This document shows positions 28,299 through 38,088 of a stretch of 64,000 nucleotides of DNA, one piece after another (position 1 is the first letter of the stretch; each line of letters opens with the position of its first letter). The stretch is from Thermoplasmata archaeon (GTDB taxonomy: Archaea; Thermoplasmatota; SW-10-69-26; JACQPN01; JAJPHT01): contig JAXDQU010000034.1 in NCBI GenBank assembly GCA_034667685.1, positions 31,022 to 95,021 on the forward strand. The letters are read 5' to 3'. Made by a program: the position numbers and the translations under genes. The notes beneath the pieces were generated by a model. The model searched no databases. It was given only the letters and a program-made list of their open reading frames with translations, and was not told where the DNA came from.

Positions 28299-29258
28299 AT
28301 GGATGCGATCCCGTTCGATGCGGCACGCCCGCGGCGCGCCGTGCTCGACGCCTGGAACGACGTCAAGGCGGGACTCGACTTCGTCGCGCACAACCTGCCC
28401 CGCGCCCACCGGGTCCTCTCCCGCGTGAATCCCTACCCGCGCCCCTGGCGCGCGGTGCGTCTCCCGGGGGCCGAGGGCGCCTCGCTCGCGGCCGTCTACG
28501 GCCCGGGCCGCCCGGGCGCCGGCGCGCTCCTGATCCTGCCGGGCACCTTCCAGACGAAGGACGACACGTCGCGCAAGCGCCGCGCCATCGGCCTCTGGCG
28601 CCGCTTCGGGCTGCACGTGCTCGTCCTCGACCAGCGCGGCTTCGGCGGCTCCTTCGACGCGCCGCCCACCGGGGGCTGGCTGGAGGCGGCCGACGCGCAC
28701 CTCGCCGCCGACTGGCTGCGCCACGAGAGCGGCGCCCCGCGCGTGACCCTCTGGGGCGAGAGCCTGGGCGGCGCCGTCGCGCTCCTGGCCGCCGCCCGCC
28801 CCGGCGCCGAGGCGCGCTTCGAGCGCGTCGTCGCGTGGAGCCCGTTCGCCGACCTCGCCGACGCCACCGCTGCGGCCGACCCGCGAAGCCCCCGCGGCCG
28901 CACGCTCCTGGGCCGCACGTACCGCTGGCTCCTGCGCGAGCGCACGCACGGCGAGGCGCAGGACTTCGGCGCCTTCCTCGCGCTGCGCGCCCACGCGCTG
29001 GGCCTCCCGCTCGAGGAGCTCGTCCGGCTCGGCTCGCCGCTGGCGCACGTGCGCGACCTCCGCGTGCCCGCGCTCGTGCTCCACGCCGAGGACGACCCCG
29101 TGGTGCCCGTCGCGCACGCGCGCAAGCTCGCCGACGCCCGCGCCCCGCGCCTCGACGTGCAGATCGTCCCGCGCGGCCGCCACCTCGACTTCGACCGCGA
29201 GGCGCCGCAATGGTACGCGCGGCTGACCCAAGCCCTGCTTGCATCCCCGACGGCCTGA
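28299..29258 (+). CDS. Alpha/beta hydrolase (YheT-like)
   Basis: DQRGFGGS, GESLGG, HAEDDPVV, GRH. Confidence 0.85.
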   Translation: MDAIPFDAARPRRAVLDAWNDVKAGLDFVAHNLPRAHRVLSRVNPYPRPWRAVRLPGAEGASLAAVYGPGRPGAGALLILPGTFQTKDDTSRKRRAIGLWRRFGLHVLVLDQRGFGGSFDAPPTGGWLEAADAHLAADWLRHESGAPRVTLWGESLGGAVALLAAARPGAEARFERVVAWSPFADLADATAAADPRSPRGRTLLGRTYRWLLRERTHGEAQDFGAFLALRAHALGLPLEELVRLGSPLAHVRDLRVPALVLHAEDDPVVPVAHARKLADARAPRLDVQIVPRGRHLDFDREAPQWYARLTQALLASPTA

Positions 29259-29268
29259 TGCCTCTCGC

Positions 29269-29562
29269 ATGAGGCGCCCCGCCTCGCCCCGCGATAGGGC
29301 GAGCGCCAACAGCACCCTCTGCGGGGGCAACGTCACCAACTGCGTGACCGTCGTCGAGGCCTACGCGCTCCACTGCGGGCTCCTCCCGGCCTACGACGTG
29401 GCGACGTGCTGGGTCAAGGACTCGGGCGTCTGGTACGACTTCGCCGTGAACGGCGTCGTGGTCGGCCTCGTGGGCTGCGGCGTCATCGGCGGCCCCGCGT
29501 GCCTTCAGCCCGCCTGCCAGCCCATCGACGCGGACTGGCCCCACTACTGCCCGCTGGCGTAG
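29269..29562 (+). CDS. Cys-rich peptide (8 Cys) apparently lacking a signal-peptide h-region
   Basis: MRRPASPRDRASA-NSTLC...YCPLA; strongly GC3-biased codons in the mature part. Confidence 0.6.
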   Translation: MRRPASPRDRASANSTLCGGNVTNCVTVVEAYALHCGLLPAYDVATCWVKDSGVWYDFAVNGVVVGLVGCGVIGGPACLQPACQPIDADWPHYCPLA

Positions 29563-29607
29563 GGCGAAGCGACACGTCCTTGGCGGGGCGCGCGCCATGC
29601 CCGGCGC

Positions 29608-30372
29608 GTGACGAGCTTGCGCGTCGCCGCGCTCCAGATGCCGCACGGCCCGACGCTCGAAGGCAACCTGGCGAAGGCGCGCGCCATGGTCGCCCAGGCG
29701 CGCGAGGCGGGCGCCGCGCTGGCGCTGCTCCCCGAGTACTGGTTCGCCACGTTCGCCGGTCCCGTCGAGCCCGCGCCGCTGCGCGCCTTCTTCGCCGACG
29801 CCAGCCGTGATATCATCGTGGCGGGGAACCTGATCGAGGGCGGGCGCAACCTGGGCGTCGTCTACGAGCGCGGCGCGCCGCTCCTGGAGCAGCCCAAGAT
29901 CCACCCGATGCCGCGCGAGGCCGCCAACGGCATCGTGGGGGGCGAGACGTGGCGCGTCGCGCCGGTCGCGGGCGTGCCCACGGGCATGCTCGTGTGCGCC
30001 GACGTGCTCTATCCCGAGGCGGCGCGCATCGTGCAGCTCCTGGGCGCGCAGCTCCTGCTCAACCCGGTCATGAGCCCGTACCGCGAGGTGGACGACACGA
30101 AGGAGGCGCGCGACGCCATCTTCGTGGCCCGCGCGTACGACGCCGGCGCGTTTCTCGTGAAGGCGGGCGGGTTCCGTCGGGGGGAGCCGGCCGTCGCGGG
30201 CCGCTCGCTCGTCACCGCGCCGTGGGGCGTCCTCGCTCGCTATCAAAACGAGCTGGCGGAGGAGGTGCTCGTCGTGGACCTGGACCTCGCGCGGCTGGAT
30301 CGGTTCCGGCGGCACCAGGCGACGTTTCCGGCGCGCAGGCCCTCAACGTACCAGGAGCTCGTGCGAGGGTAG
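29608..30372 (+). CDS. Carbon-nitrogen hydrolase (nitrilase superfamily)
   Basis: LLPEYW, KIH, VCADVLYPE triad. Confidence 0.9.
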   Translation: MTSLRVAALQMPHGPTLEGNLAKARAMVAQAREAGAALALLPEYWFATFAGPVEPAPLRAFFADASRDIIVAGNLIEGGRNLGVVYERGAPLLEQPKIHPMPREAANGIVGGETWRVAPVAGVPTGMLVCADVLYPEAARIVQLLGAQLLLNPVMSPYREVDDTKEARDAIFVARAYDAGAFLVKAGGFRRGEPAVAGRSLVTAPWGVLARYQNELAEEVLVVDLDLARLDRFRRHQATFPARRPSTYQELVRG

Positions 30373-31029
30373 CGCCGTGCCGGGCGCGGCGACGTCCTCG
30401 GTGCACCAGCTCTGGACGAGCGCGACGAGCTCGCCGCGGCGGGGCTCGGGCAGGCGGAAGGCGGCCGCGTGGCGCTCGACGAGCTCGACGTCCTCGTGGC
30501 TGACGTGGCCGTCGCCCACCAGGCGGCGCACCTCGCCCAGGAGCGCGGGCGGGAGGCCGAGGAAGCGGCGGTCCAGGTCGAGGAAGCGCAGGCGCACGAT
30601 GTAGTCGGTCGCGCGCTTGTCCAATTCGAGGTAGTGGCCGTCGTCGAGGCGGCCGTTGGCGTGGCGCTGGCGGATCGCGGCGCGCAGCGCGGCCAGGCGC
30701 GGGATGCCCTGCTCGGGCGCGGCCTTCGTGTCGGCGTACGCGCGGTCGAGGTCGAGCATCGCCTGCGTGAGCGCCTTGCGCCGCGCGCGGACGCGCCAGA
30801 TCGCGTAGCCGCCCGCGAGGGCGGAGCCGCCGAGGCCCACGAACGCGACGATGGCCTGGACGTCGGCGCGCGCCCACCACGGGCCGGCGCTCGCGGGCGC
30901 GCTTCTGTCGTCGCACGAATACTGGATCGGGCCGTAGGGACCCTGCGCGGTGCAGATGGCGGCGCTCGCCACCGGCAGGACGGCCAGCAGGACCAAGGCT
31001 GCCGCCGGGTACGCAAGCCTCCACGCCAT
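30343..31029 (-). CDS. Hypothetical membrane protein (signal peptide, short Cys-pair ectodomain, TM, helical cytoplasmic part)
   Basis: LVLLAVLPVASA-AIC...SC; TM AIVAFVGLGGSALAGGYAIW followed by RVRARRK. Confidence 0.7.
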   Translation of the reverse strand: MAWRLAYPAAALVLLAVLPVASAAICTAQGPYGPIQYSCDDRSAPASAGPWWARADVQAIVAFVGLGGSALAGGYAIWRVRARRKALTQAMLDLDRAYADTKAAPEQGIPRLAALRAAIRQRHANGRLDDGHYLELDKRATDYIVRLRFLDLDRRFLGLPPALLGEVRRLVGDGHVSHEDVELVERHAAAFRLPEPRRGELVALVQSWCTEDVAAPGTALPSHELLVR

Positions 31030-31099
31030 GCCGGCGCAGTCCGCCTAACCCCTCAAAAACCCTTGCAACCACCGGGTTGCCGGTGTTGCTGCGCGGGGC

Positions 31100-31441
31100 T
31101 CAGAGCCGGTCGTACTTGTCCGCCCTTCCGCGCGCCTTCTCGACGGGGTACTTCGCGCGGTTCTGGACGAGCTTCGCGGCGAGGGCCTCGGGGAGGTCGA
31201 GCCCGGTCTTGTCGGCGAGGAGCATCGCGTACATCACGACGTCGGCGACTTCTTCGGCGACGCGCTGGCGCTCCTCCGGCGTGAGAGCGGCGGCCGGGCT
31301 GCGCCACTGGAAGATCTCGAGGAGCTCGCCCGCCTCGACGGCCAGCGACAGGGCGAGGTCCTTCGGATCGTGGAAGGCGTCCCAGGCGCGCTCGTCCACG
31401 AAGGCGCGCAGCTCGCGCCGGACGTCCTCGAAGGTGGGCAT
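31100..31441 (-). CDS. MazG-like nucleotide pyrophosphohydrolase
   Basis: FVDERAWDAFHDPKDL, EAGELLE, EEVADV, KYP. Confidence 0.92.
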   Translation of the reverse strand: MPTFEDVRRELRAFVDERAWDAFHDPKDLALSLAVEAGELLEIFQWRSPAAALTPEERQRVAEEVADVVMYAMLLADKTGLDLPEALAAKLVQNRAKYPVEKARGRADKYDRL

Positions 31442-31554
31442 GGGCGGCGCAACTCAGAGGCCCAGCTTGAGCATGACGAAGAGCGTCAGCTGCAGCAGCA
31501 GGAACCCGCCCAGCAGGCCGCCCACGATGGTGAGCGTCCACGCGAGCCAGGCCT

Positions 31555-33339
31555 TCAGGGGCCCACCCCGTACTCGGGCCAGCGCTTGTCCACGAGCGCC
31601 TTCGTGGCCTCGTCCATGCGGATGATGGGCGGCCAGGGGCGCGCGTCCTCGTCGACGCGCTTGACCGTGCCGTCGACGCCGACGCGGACGCCCTCGCGCA
31701 GCACGTCGCGCGCCGGGTCGAGGTTGGCGCTCGCGTGGAAGAGCGCCGCGCGCGCGTCGCGCACGTCCACGTCCGCATCCAGCGCCACGAGCGCAACGGC
31801 TTCGGGCACGCCGGCGCCCCAAAGGGCGCGCATCGCGTCGCGCGCCCGCCCGCGAGGACCCTTGCGGATCGACGCGAGCGCGAGGCGCGGCGAGACCTGG
31901 CGCGCGTCCACGAGGTCGGGCACCTTCGCCCGGAGCGCGTCGAGCGGCGGGAGCGGGCCGCCCGCGGGCGTGGCGCGGGCGGGTTCGGCGCCGATCGGCG
32001 TCGTGAGGTCGATGCCGAGGTGGCTGCCCAGGTCGGGGCGCGGCGCCGCGTGGTCGAGCGTGTCCGTGGGCACCTGGTCGACGATCAGCAGGTCGCGCGG
32101 CGGGTCGAAACGCGCGAAGGCCGCGAGCAGCGCCGCAGGGTCGTGGACGTCCACGTCCTCGTCGACGATCACGAGCGCCTTCTCCAGCGAGATCATGCCC
32201 GCGCCCCAGAGGCTCATCATCGCCTTGCGTGCGTGGCCGGGATATCGTTTCCGGATGCTGACGATCATCAGGTTGTGGAACGCGGCCTCGACGGGCATGC
32301 TCCAGTCCACGACCTCGGGCACCTGGAAGCGCGCCAGCTCCAGGAACATGCGCTCCGTGGCCTTGCCCATCGGGCCGTCCTCCTGGGGCGGAATGCCCAC
32401 GACCGTCGTCGGATAGATCGCGTCGCGCCGGCGCGTGACCGCCGTGACGTGGAAGACCGGGAACTCGTCCGCGAGCGAGTAATAGCCGGTGTGGTCGCCG
32501 AAGGGGCCTTCGGTGCGCAAGGGCTCCGCGGGATCGACGTACCCTTCGAGCACGATCTCCGCGTCGGCGGGGACTTCGAGGTCCACCGTCTTGCACTTGA
32601 CCATGCGCATGCGCTCGCGGCGGATGTAGCCGCAGAGCATCACCTCGTCGAAGCCCGGCGGAAGCGGCGCCGTCGCGCCATACGTCAGCGCCGGGTCGCC
32701 GCCCAGCGCCACCGCCACGGGAAGCCTGACACCCAACTTCTTCGCCTTGCGGAAGTGCTCCGCGCCGTGCTTGTGCGTCTGCCAATGCATGCCCGTCTCG
32801 CGCGGCCCGAAGACCTGCATCCGGTACATGCCCATGTTGCGCTCGCCCGTTTCCGGATCGCGCGTGTAGACCTGCGGCAGCGTGATGAACGGCCCCGCGT
32901 CGAGCGGCCAGCACGTGAGCACCGGCAGCCGCGTGAGATCAACGGCGTCGCCCGTCTCGACGATCTGCTGGCACGCCGCGCGGCGCACCCTGCGCGGCGG
33001 GAACTTCAGCACGTCGCGCGCGCGGCGGGCCAGCGATATCATCTCGCGGAAGCTGCGGGGTGGCCGCGTCTTCACGAGCGCCATGAGATCCTTGCCCACC
33101 TGCGCGGGCTCGCGCCCGAGCGCCAGCGCCATGCGCGCGTCGGTGCCGAACGCATTGATGAGCACGGGCATCCCGTGCGCGCCCTTCACGTCCTCGAAGA
33201 GGAGCGCCGGCCCGCCGCGCTTCACCACGCGGTCGTAGACCTCGCTGACCTCCAGCCTGGGATCGACCTGCGCCTTCACCCGGACAAGATCGCCGCGCTG
33301 CTCCAGGTCGGCGATGAAGGCGCGGAGGTCGTAGGGCAT
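31555..33339 (-). CDS. UbiD-family decarboxylase (menaquinone-pathway type)
   Basis: WPLDAGPFIT, RNMGMYR, EGPFGDHTGYY, GIPPQED, DTLDHA. Confidence 0.92.
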   Translation of the reverse strand: MPYDLRAFIADLEQRGDLVRVKAQVDPRLEVSEVYDRVVKRGGPALLFEDVKGAHGMPVLINAFGTDARMALALGREPAQVGKDLMALVKTRPPRSFREMISLARRARDVLKFPPRRVRRAACQQIVETGDAVDLTRLPVLTCWPLDAGPFITLPQVYTRDPETGERNMGMYRMQVFGPRETGMHWQTHKHGAEHFRKAKKLGVRLPVAVALGGDPALTYGATAPLPPGFDEVMLCGYIRRERMRMVKCKTVDLEVPADAEIVLEGYVDPAEPLRTEGPFGDHTGYYSLADEFPVFHVTAVTRRRDAIYPTTVVGIPPQEDGPMGKATERMFLELARFQVPEVVDWSMPVEAAFHNLMIVSIRKRYPGHARKAMMSLWGAGMISLEKALVIVDEDVDVHDPAALLAAFARFDPPRDLLIVDQVPTDTLDHAAPRPDLGSHLGIDLTTPIGAEPARATPAGGPLPPLDALRAKVPDLVDARQVSPRLALASIRKGPRGRARDAMRALWGAGVPEAVALVALDADVDVRDARAALFHASANLDPARDVLREGVRVGVDGTVKRVDEDARPWPPIIRMDEATKALVDKRWPEYGVGP

Positions 33340-33375
33340 GGCCGGGTCGCCAAGCGGAGGCACCGGATAAAAGCC

Positions 33376-33996
33376 TCACGCGCCCGGCTTGACCCCCGTC
33401 GCCAGGAAGATGGACACCCGCGCGCTCTCCGTGCCGCACGCGCTCGTCGCGCAGCAGTCCTGCCCGACGTCGTCGACCCGCGCTTCGTCCAGCCCGGCCG
33501 CCGCGAGCCAGCCGCGCACGTCCTCGCGCGCGAAGCCCATCCAGCGGTCGTGGTGCTCCGTGCGCAGGAAGGCGAAGTCGTGCGCGTCGAGGTCGGTCAG
33601 CGCGAGGCGGCCGCCGGGGCGCAGGACGCGCGCCATCTCCGCGATCGCCACCGCGGGGCGCTCGACGTGGTGCAGGCACATGTTCGCGAGCACCGCGTCG
33701 AACGAGTCCGCGGGGTAGGGAAGCGCCTCGGCGTCGGCGACGCGCGCCTCGACCCGGGGGAACCGGCGGCGCAGCTCGTCCACCATGAGGGGCGAGGCGT
33801 CCACGGCGCTGACGCGCGCGCCGCGAGCCAGGGCCTCCTCGGTGACGAAGCCGCTGCCGGCGCCGACGTCCAGCACGTGGAGGCCGGCCCGCACGCCCGC
33901 GGCGTCGAGCGCCGCGCAGCGCACCGCGGGCGAGAAGAAGTCCTGGCGCATCGATTCCCAGCGCGGCGCGACCGCGTCGAAGTAGGCTCGGGTCAT
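33376..33996 (-). CDS. Class I SAM-dependent methyltransferase
   Basis: LDVGAGSG, ADAEALP, RVLRPGG, EHHDRWMGF, C-terminal CCATSAC. Confidence 0.88.
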   Translation of the reverse strand: MTRAYFDAVAPRWESMRQDFFSPAVRCAALDAAGVRAGLHVLDVGAGSGFVTEEALARGARVSAVDASPLMVDELRRRFPRVEARVADAEALPYPADSFDAVLANMCLHHVERPAVAIAEMARVLRPGGRLALTDLDAHDFAFLRTEHHDRWMGFAREDVRGWLAAAGLDEARVDDVGQDCCATSACGTESARVSIFLATGVKPGA

Positions 33997-34092
33997 CGCG
34001 TTCGAAACGCACGACGAGAAGAAGCCGGTTCCGGCCAGAATGACGACGTTCCGTCGCAAGGCTTAGGCAAGGAGCCGACGTTCCGTCGGAGC

Positions 34093-34602
34093 ATGGATCG
34101 GGTCGACGTGGAGATCGTGCGCGCGCTCGTCGCGGACGGGCGGGCCAGCGTGCAGCAGGTGGCGGACAAGGTCGGGCTGCGGCGGCCCAGCGTGCACGCG
34201 CGCATCGCCAGGCTGGAGGACGAGGGCGTCATCACGGGCTACCGCGCGCAGGTGGATCCCGAGGCGATCGGCGCGGGGCTCGTGGCGCTGGTGCTCGTGA
34301 AGGTGGCGCACGGCAAGGGCACCGACTGCATGGCCGCGTGCGGCAAGGTCGCCGACGCGCTGCGGCGCATCCCCGAGGTCGTCGAGTTCCACACGCTCGC
34401 CGGCGAGGACGATGCGATGGTCAAGGTGCGCGCGAAGGACGTGCGCGACCTGGAGCGCGTCGTCATGCGGCAGGTCAGCGGCGTGCCGGGCGTGGAGCGC
34501 GTGCGCACGAGCGTCGTCCTCACGACGCACTTCGAGCGGCCGCCGGCCGTGCCTAGCGCGCCATCGCCGCGAGCCGCTCGCCGATCGCGGGCGCGAACTT
34601 GA
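34093..34602 (+). CDS. Lrp/AsnC transcriptional regulator
   Basis: MDRVDVEIVRAL..DGR, RLEDEGVITGY, LAGEDD. Confidence 0.92.
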   Translation: MDRVDVEIVRALVADGRASVQQVADKVGLRRPSVHARIARLEDEGVITGYRAQVDPEAIGAGLVALVLVKVAHGKGTDCMAACGKVADALRRIPEVVEFHTLAGEDDAMVKVRAKDVRDLERVVMRQVSGVPGVERVRTSVVLTTHFERPPAVPSAPSPRAARRSRART

Positions 34603-35578
34603 ACCCGTGCCCCGAGAAGCCAGCCGCGACGATCACGCGGGGCATGCCCGGGGCGGGGCCAAGGATGAAGCGGTCGTCGGGCGTGTTGTCGTAGAGGCAG
34701 ACGCGCGAGCGGACGAGCGGCGCGTCGGCCAGCGCGGGGATGCGCTCGCGCAGCCAGGCGCGGGCGGTGGCCTCTTCCTGCGCGGTCGCGGGCGGGCGCG
34801 GCGCGTCGGGTGATATCACGGCGGGTCCCTTGCGGTGGTCGGCGATCTTCACGAGGCCATCCTGCGCGGGGAAGCCGTAGAAGCCCTCCTCCAGCGCGGC
34901 GAAGACGGGGAGCGCGGGCAGGTCGGCGGGCGCGTGGAGGTAGAGCTCGACCTGGCGCGTGACGCGGATGCGGGGGCGCAGGAAGGGGAGCAGGCGCGGC
35001 GCGTGCGGGCCGGCGGCCACGACGATGGCGTCCGCGTCGAGCCGTCCCGCCGCGGTCTCGACGTGGCCGGTCGCCACGGCGGTCGCCGCGACGCCGCGCC
35101 GGATCTCGCCGCCGAGCTTCGTGATATCATCCTCCAGCGCGCGGAGGATCGCGGGCGGGTCGAGCCAACCCCCCTGCGGGTCGACGACGACGCGCGGGGC
35201 GCCGTGGAAGGGGAAGCGCGCCGCCGCCGGGCCTTCGTGCACCTCGGCGCGCTCGCCCATCTCCAGGAGGGTGCGCGCGCTCTGGTCCGCGAACCCGCCG
35301 GAGGGGCCGAACATGGCGAGGCCGGTCTGGTGGAGCAGCGTCGCGCCGCTCGCCTTCTCCAGCGCGCGCCACAGGGGCAGCGCCTCGCGGGCGAGGTCCA
35401 CCATCTCGCGGTCGCGCGCGTAGGCGAGCCGGAAGATCTTGCTTGTGTCGTTGCTGGCGTTGCGGTCGTTCTCGCGCGGCAGCGGGTCGAGGACCGTCAC
35501 GCGCGCGCCGTGCCGGGCGAGCGAGCGCGCCGCGCAAAGGCCCATGACGCCGGCGCCGACCACCACGGCGGTCGTCAT
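34553..35578 (-). CDS. FAD-dependent oxidoreductase (sarcosine oxidase/SolA-like)
   Basis: VVGAGVMG, CLYDNTPDDRFIL, GFSGHGFKFAP. Confidence 0.9.
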   Translation of the reverse strand: MTTAVVVGAGVMGLCAARSLARHGARVTVLDPLPRENDRNASNDTSKIFRLAYARDREMVDLAREALPLWRALEKASGATLLHQTGLAMFGPSGGFADQSARTLLEMGERAEVHEGPAAARFPFHGAPRVVVDPQGGWLDPPAILRALEDDITKLGGEIRRGVAATAVATGHVETAAGRLDADAIVVAAGPHAPRLLPFLRPRIRVTRQVELYLHAPADLPALPVFAALEEGFYGFPAQDGLVKIADHRKGPAVISPDAPRPPATAQEEATARAWLRERIPALADAPLVRSRVCLYDNTPDDRFILGPAPGMPRVIVAAGFSGHGFKFAPAIGERLAAMAR

Positions 35579-36717
35579 GACGCCGCCGCCCGCAGCACCG
35601 CATCGCGCATCTCCTTCGCGCTCGCGTCGGTGCGGATGGCGAGGCGGTTGAAGTGGACGCTCCACGCCTGGCGCCCCATGTCGCTGAGCGCGCCGACGAC
35701 CTTCGCGGTGGCGGGGGAGCCGACCTTCAGGCGCTCGCCGACCTTGTGGATGTCGTAGTAGAGCGGCGGGGCGCGCGCCTCGCCTGAGATCACGTTGAGC
35801 AGGTGCCTCGACTCGCGCCAGCGCGCGAGGGTGGCGTCCGCGACCTTGGCCTGCATCGCGTCGGTCGTGGCGACGTCGAGCATCGGTCCGGTCCAGAGCG
35901 GCCCCGCGACCTTGACCGCCGCGCCGCACTCGGGGCACGCGCGCTCCTCGCTGAAGCTGCGGTGGCCGCACGCTTCGCACCAGATCAGGTGGCCCACGCT
36001 CGCGAGGGCGGCGTCGGCCCGCTGCGCGCCGCGGCGCGCGGCCAGCGTGATGCGGTAGTAGTGGTCCGTCGCGTGGCTGAAGATCGGCGCGAAGGCGACC
36101 TCGTGCTTCGCGGCCTGGCGGACGACCGCGCCCGCAAGGATGCGCAGCGCGACCTCGTGCCCCAATTCGCCGTGCAGCGGCTCCGCGTCGTAGCGCCGGC
36201 GGCACACGCGCGGGAAGACGCCCGCGAGCCCCGTCGTGTCCGTCGCGGTCACGCCCAGCAGGCCGCCGTCCTTCACGGCGCGCGTGGCGGCGTCGAGGAA
36301 GGGGGCGGGGCTTCCGAACGGGTCGAGCTCCACGACGTCCCAGACGTTCTCGTGGAGCAGGGCGTTGAGGTTGCGCCGCGTGACCTTCGCCGCGACGCCG
36401 TTCGCCTGCGCGTTCTCCTCCAGCATGCGCGCCGCGACGGGGTTCCAGTCGTTCAGCTCCAGGTCGAGCGCGACGCCCGACTCCAGCGCGTAACGCAGCC
36501 CGCGCAGGCCCGACGCCGCGAGGCCGTCGAGCACGCGCCATCCGGGCTCGGCGCGCGCCGCCATCAGCAGCGTGGCGAGGTCGCGGTTCGTCGCCATCGC
36601 GGGATTGTAGAAGACGGCGGCGTCCTCCTTGTTGCCCGGGCCGCGCTCGCCGCGCTCGGCGGCGGGGACCTTGACGCGGGCCTTGCCTTCCTGCACCCAC
36701 TCCTCGGGGCCGCTCAC
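35575..36717 (-). CDS. trm1: tRNA (guanine26-N2)-dimethyltransferase
   Basis: VFYNPAM..NRD, ASGLRGLR, LDPFGSP, VTATD, Zn ribbon CEACG/CPECG, GPLWTG. Confidence 0.95.
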   Translation of the reverse strand: MSGPEEWVQEGKARVKVPAAERGERGPGNKEDAAVFYNPAMATNRDLATLLMAARAEPGWRVLDGLAASGLRGLRYALESGVALDLELNDWNPVAARMLEENAQANGVAAKVTRRNLNALLHENVWDVVELDPFGSPAPFLDAATRAVKDGGLLGVTATDTTGLAGVFPRVCRRRYDAEPLHGELGHEVALRILAGAVVRQAAKHEVAFAPIFSHATDHYYRITLAARRGAQRADAALASVGHLIWCEACGHRSFSEERACPECGAAVKVAGPLWTGPMLDVATTDAMQAKVADATLARWRESRHLLNVISGEARAPPLYYDIHKVGERLKVGSPATAKVVGALSDMGRQAWSVHFNRLAIRTDASAKEMRDAVLRAAAS

Positions 36718-36801
36718 GCGCGCGCCACGCGGCGCTCCCGGCTTCAACGTTCGGGCCGCGTACCAGAACCGCAACGGCTCCCCGCGCCAAGCCGCCGCAT
36801 C

Positions 36802-37014
36802 ATGCGCGCGGGCGCGATCGCGTGGCGGATCGTCGAGCTGGCCGTTCCGGCCGCGCTGGTCATGCTCTCGGTCGCGCTCCTGGCCGCCGCCGTGGGCGCC
36901 ATGCTGCTCAACGCGCCCCGCGCGACGCAGTGGGCGCTCTTCGCCGAAGGGATGCTCTGCTGGGTCGGCGGCCTCGCGTGGGGCTGGCTCGCCAACGGCC
37001 GCCGCGCCTCGTGA
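36802..37014 (+). CDS. Small two-TM hypothetical protein
   Basis: Two hydrophobic helices; fills the gap divergent from trm1. Confidence 0.55.
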   Translation: MRAGAIAWRIVELAVPAALVMLSVALLAAAVGAMLLNAPRATQWALFAEGMLCWVGGLAWGWLANGRRAS

Positions 37015-37046
37015 GGTTCAAGAAGCCCGGGGCCCCTCCGCGCGCC

Positions 37047-37448
37047 ATGCCTCTGACGGAGCGCGAGGGCGTCGCCGGCATCGCCCTGCTCGCCATGTAC
37101 GCCGACGGCGTCATCATGGCCGAGGAGGACGACCTCATCCGCGAGCGCCTCCTGCAGTTCCCCTTCTTCCTCGAATTGGACGAGGACGCCCTGGGCCGCG
37201 TCCTGGCCGCCGTCGAGGCGCACGGCGAGAAGGTCGGCCCCGAGAAGCTCCTCGCCGAGTCCGCCGCGGCGGTGGGACCGCGCCTGCGCCCCACCGCGTA
37301 CCTGCTCGCCACCGAGGTCGTCATGGCCGACGGCGACTACGCGCCCGAGGAGGACGAGTACCTCCAGAAGCTGCGCAAGGCGCTCGCGCTCTCCGACGAG
37401 CAGGCGCGCAGCATCCACGAGGCGGTCGAGATCCGGGCGAGGCGCTAG
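37047..37448 (+). CDS. Tellurite-resistance TerB-family protein (second copy)
   Basis: AMYADGVIMAEE and EVVMADGDYAPEE. Confidence 0.85.
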   Translation: MPLTEREGVAGIALLAMYADGVIMAEEDDLIRERLLQFPFFLELDEDALGRVLAAVEAHGEKVGPEKLLAESAAAVGPRLRPTAYLLATEVVMADGDYAPEEDEYLQKLRKALALSDEQARSIHEAVEIRARR

Positions 37449-37867
37449 TCGTCCAGGCCGAGCGCGCGACCCGCCAGCTCGCGCTGGGCTGCGCGGCGCA
37501 AGGCGGCGTCGTGCGTCGCGAGCGTTCCCTCGGGCTCGCGCGCCGCCAGCTCCAGGTAGCTCGCGTCGTAGAACGTGAGGCCGTGCCGCGCGGCGAGCCG
37601 GGCGGTCGCGGCGCGCGCGGCGGCGTCGGTCGGGACCAGCTCGATCCCCTCCAGCATCGCCTCGACGAGCGCCGCGCGCTTCTGCGGCGTGGCCGCGAAC
37701 AGCGCGGCTCTGCGCCCGTGGACGACGTGGCCGATCTCCCAGGCGAGAAGCGCGGGCGCGCGGCAGGCGAATCGCTCGTGGAGCGCGCTGAGCGCGTCGA
37801 ACCGGGGGCCGGGCGCGGCGCCGTCGAGCACGACGCTCGCGTCCAGGACGAGGACGTCAGGCGTCAT
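37445..37867 (-). CDS. vapC: VapC-type PIN-domain toxin
   Basis: VLDASV, WEI, YDASYLELA, LATHDAAL. Confidence 0.88.
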   Translation of the reverse strand: MTPDVLVLDASVVLDGAAPGPRFDALSALHERFACRAPALLAWEIGHVVHGRRAALFAATPQKRAALVEAMLEGIELVPTDAAARAATARLAARHGLTFYDASYLELAAREPEGTLATHDAALRRAAQRELAGRALGLDD

Positions 37868-38063
37868 CGCGGATCTCCCGGACCGCGGCGGCGCCGTCGA
37901 TCGCGGGGGCGTTGAGCTTCCGGAGCTTCGCGCGGGCCTGGCGCGCCTTCAGGCGGCGCACCTCGTCCTCGAAGGCCCGCTTCGCGACCTCGTTGGGGTT
38001 GAGCCCGGCCGACGCGACGTAGGCGACGACGTCGTCGTCCTCGCGGAACTGGACCCGTGTCAC
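37857..38063 (-). CDS. Probable VapB-like antitoxin
   Basis: 68 aa overlapping the PIN gene; GLNPNEVAKRAFEDEVRR and AVREIRD. Confidence 0.7.
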   Translation of the reverse strand: MTRVQFREDDDVVAYVASAGLNPNEVAKRAFEDEVRRLKARQARAKLRKLNAPAIDGAAAVREIRDDA

Positions 38064-38088
38064 AGGCGTGTATCCACGCGCGGCACCA

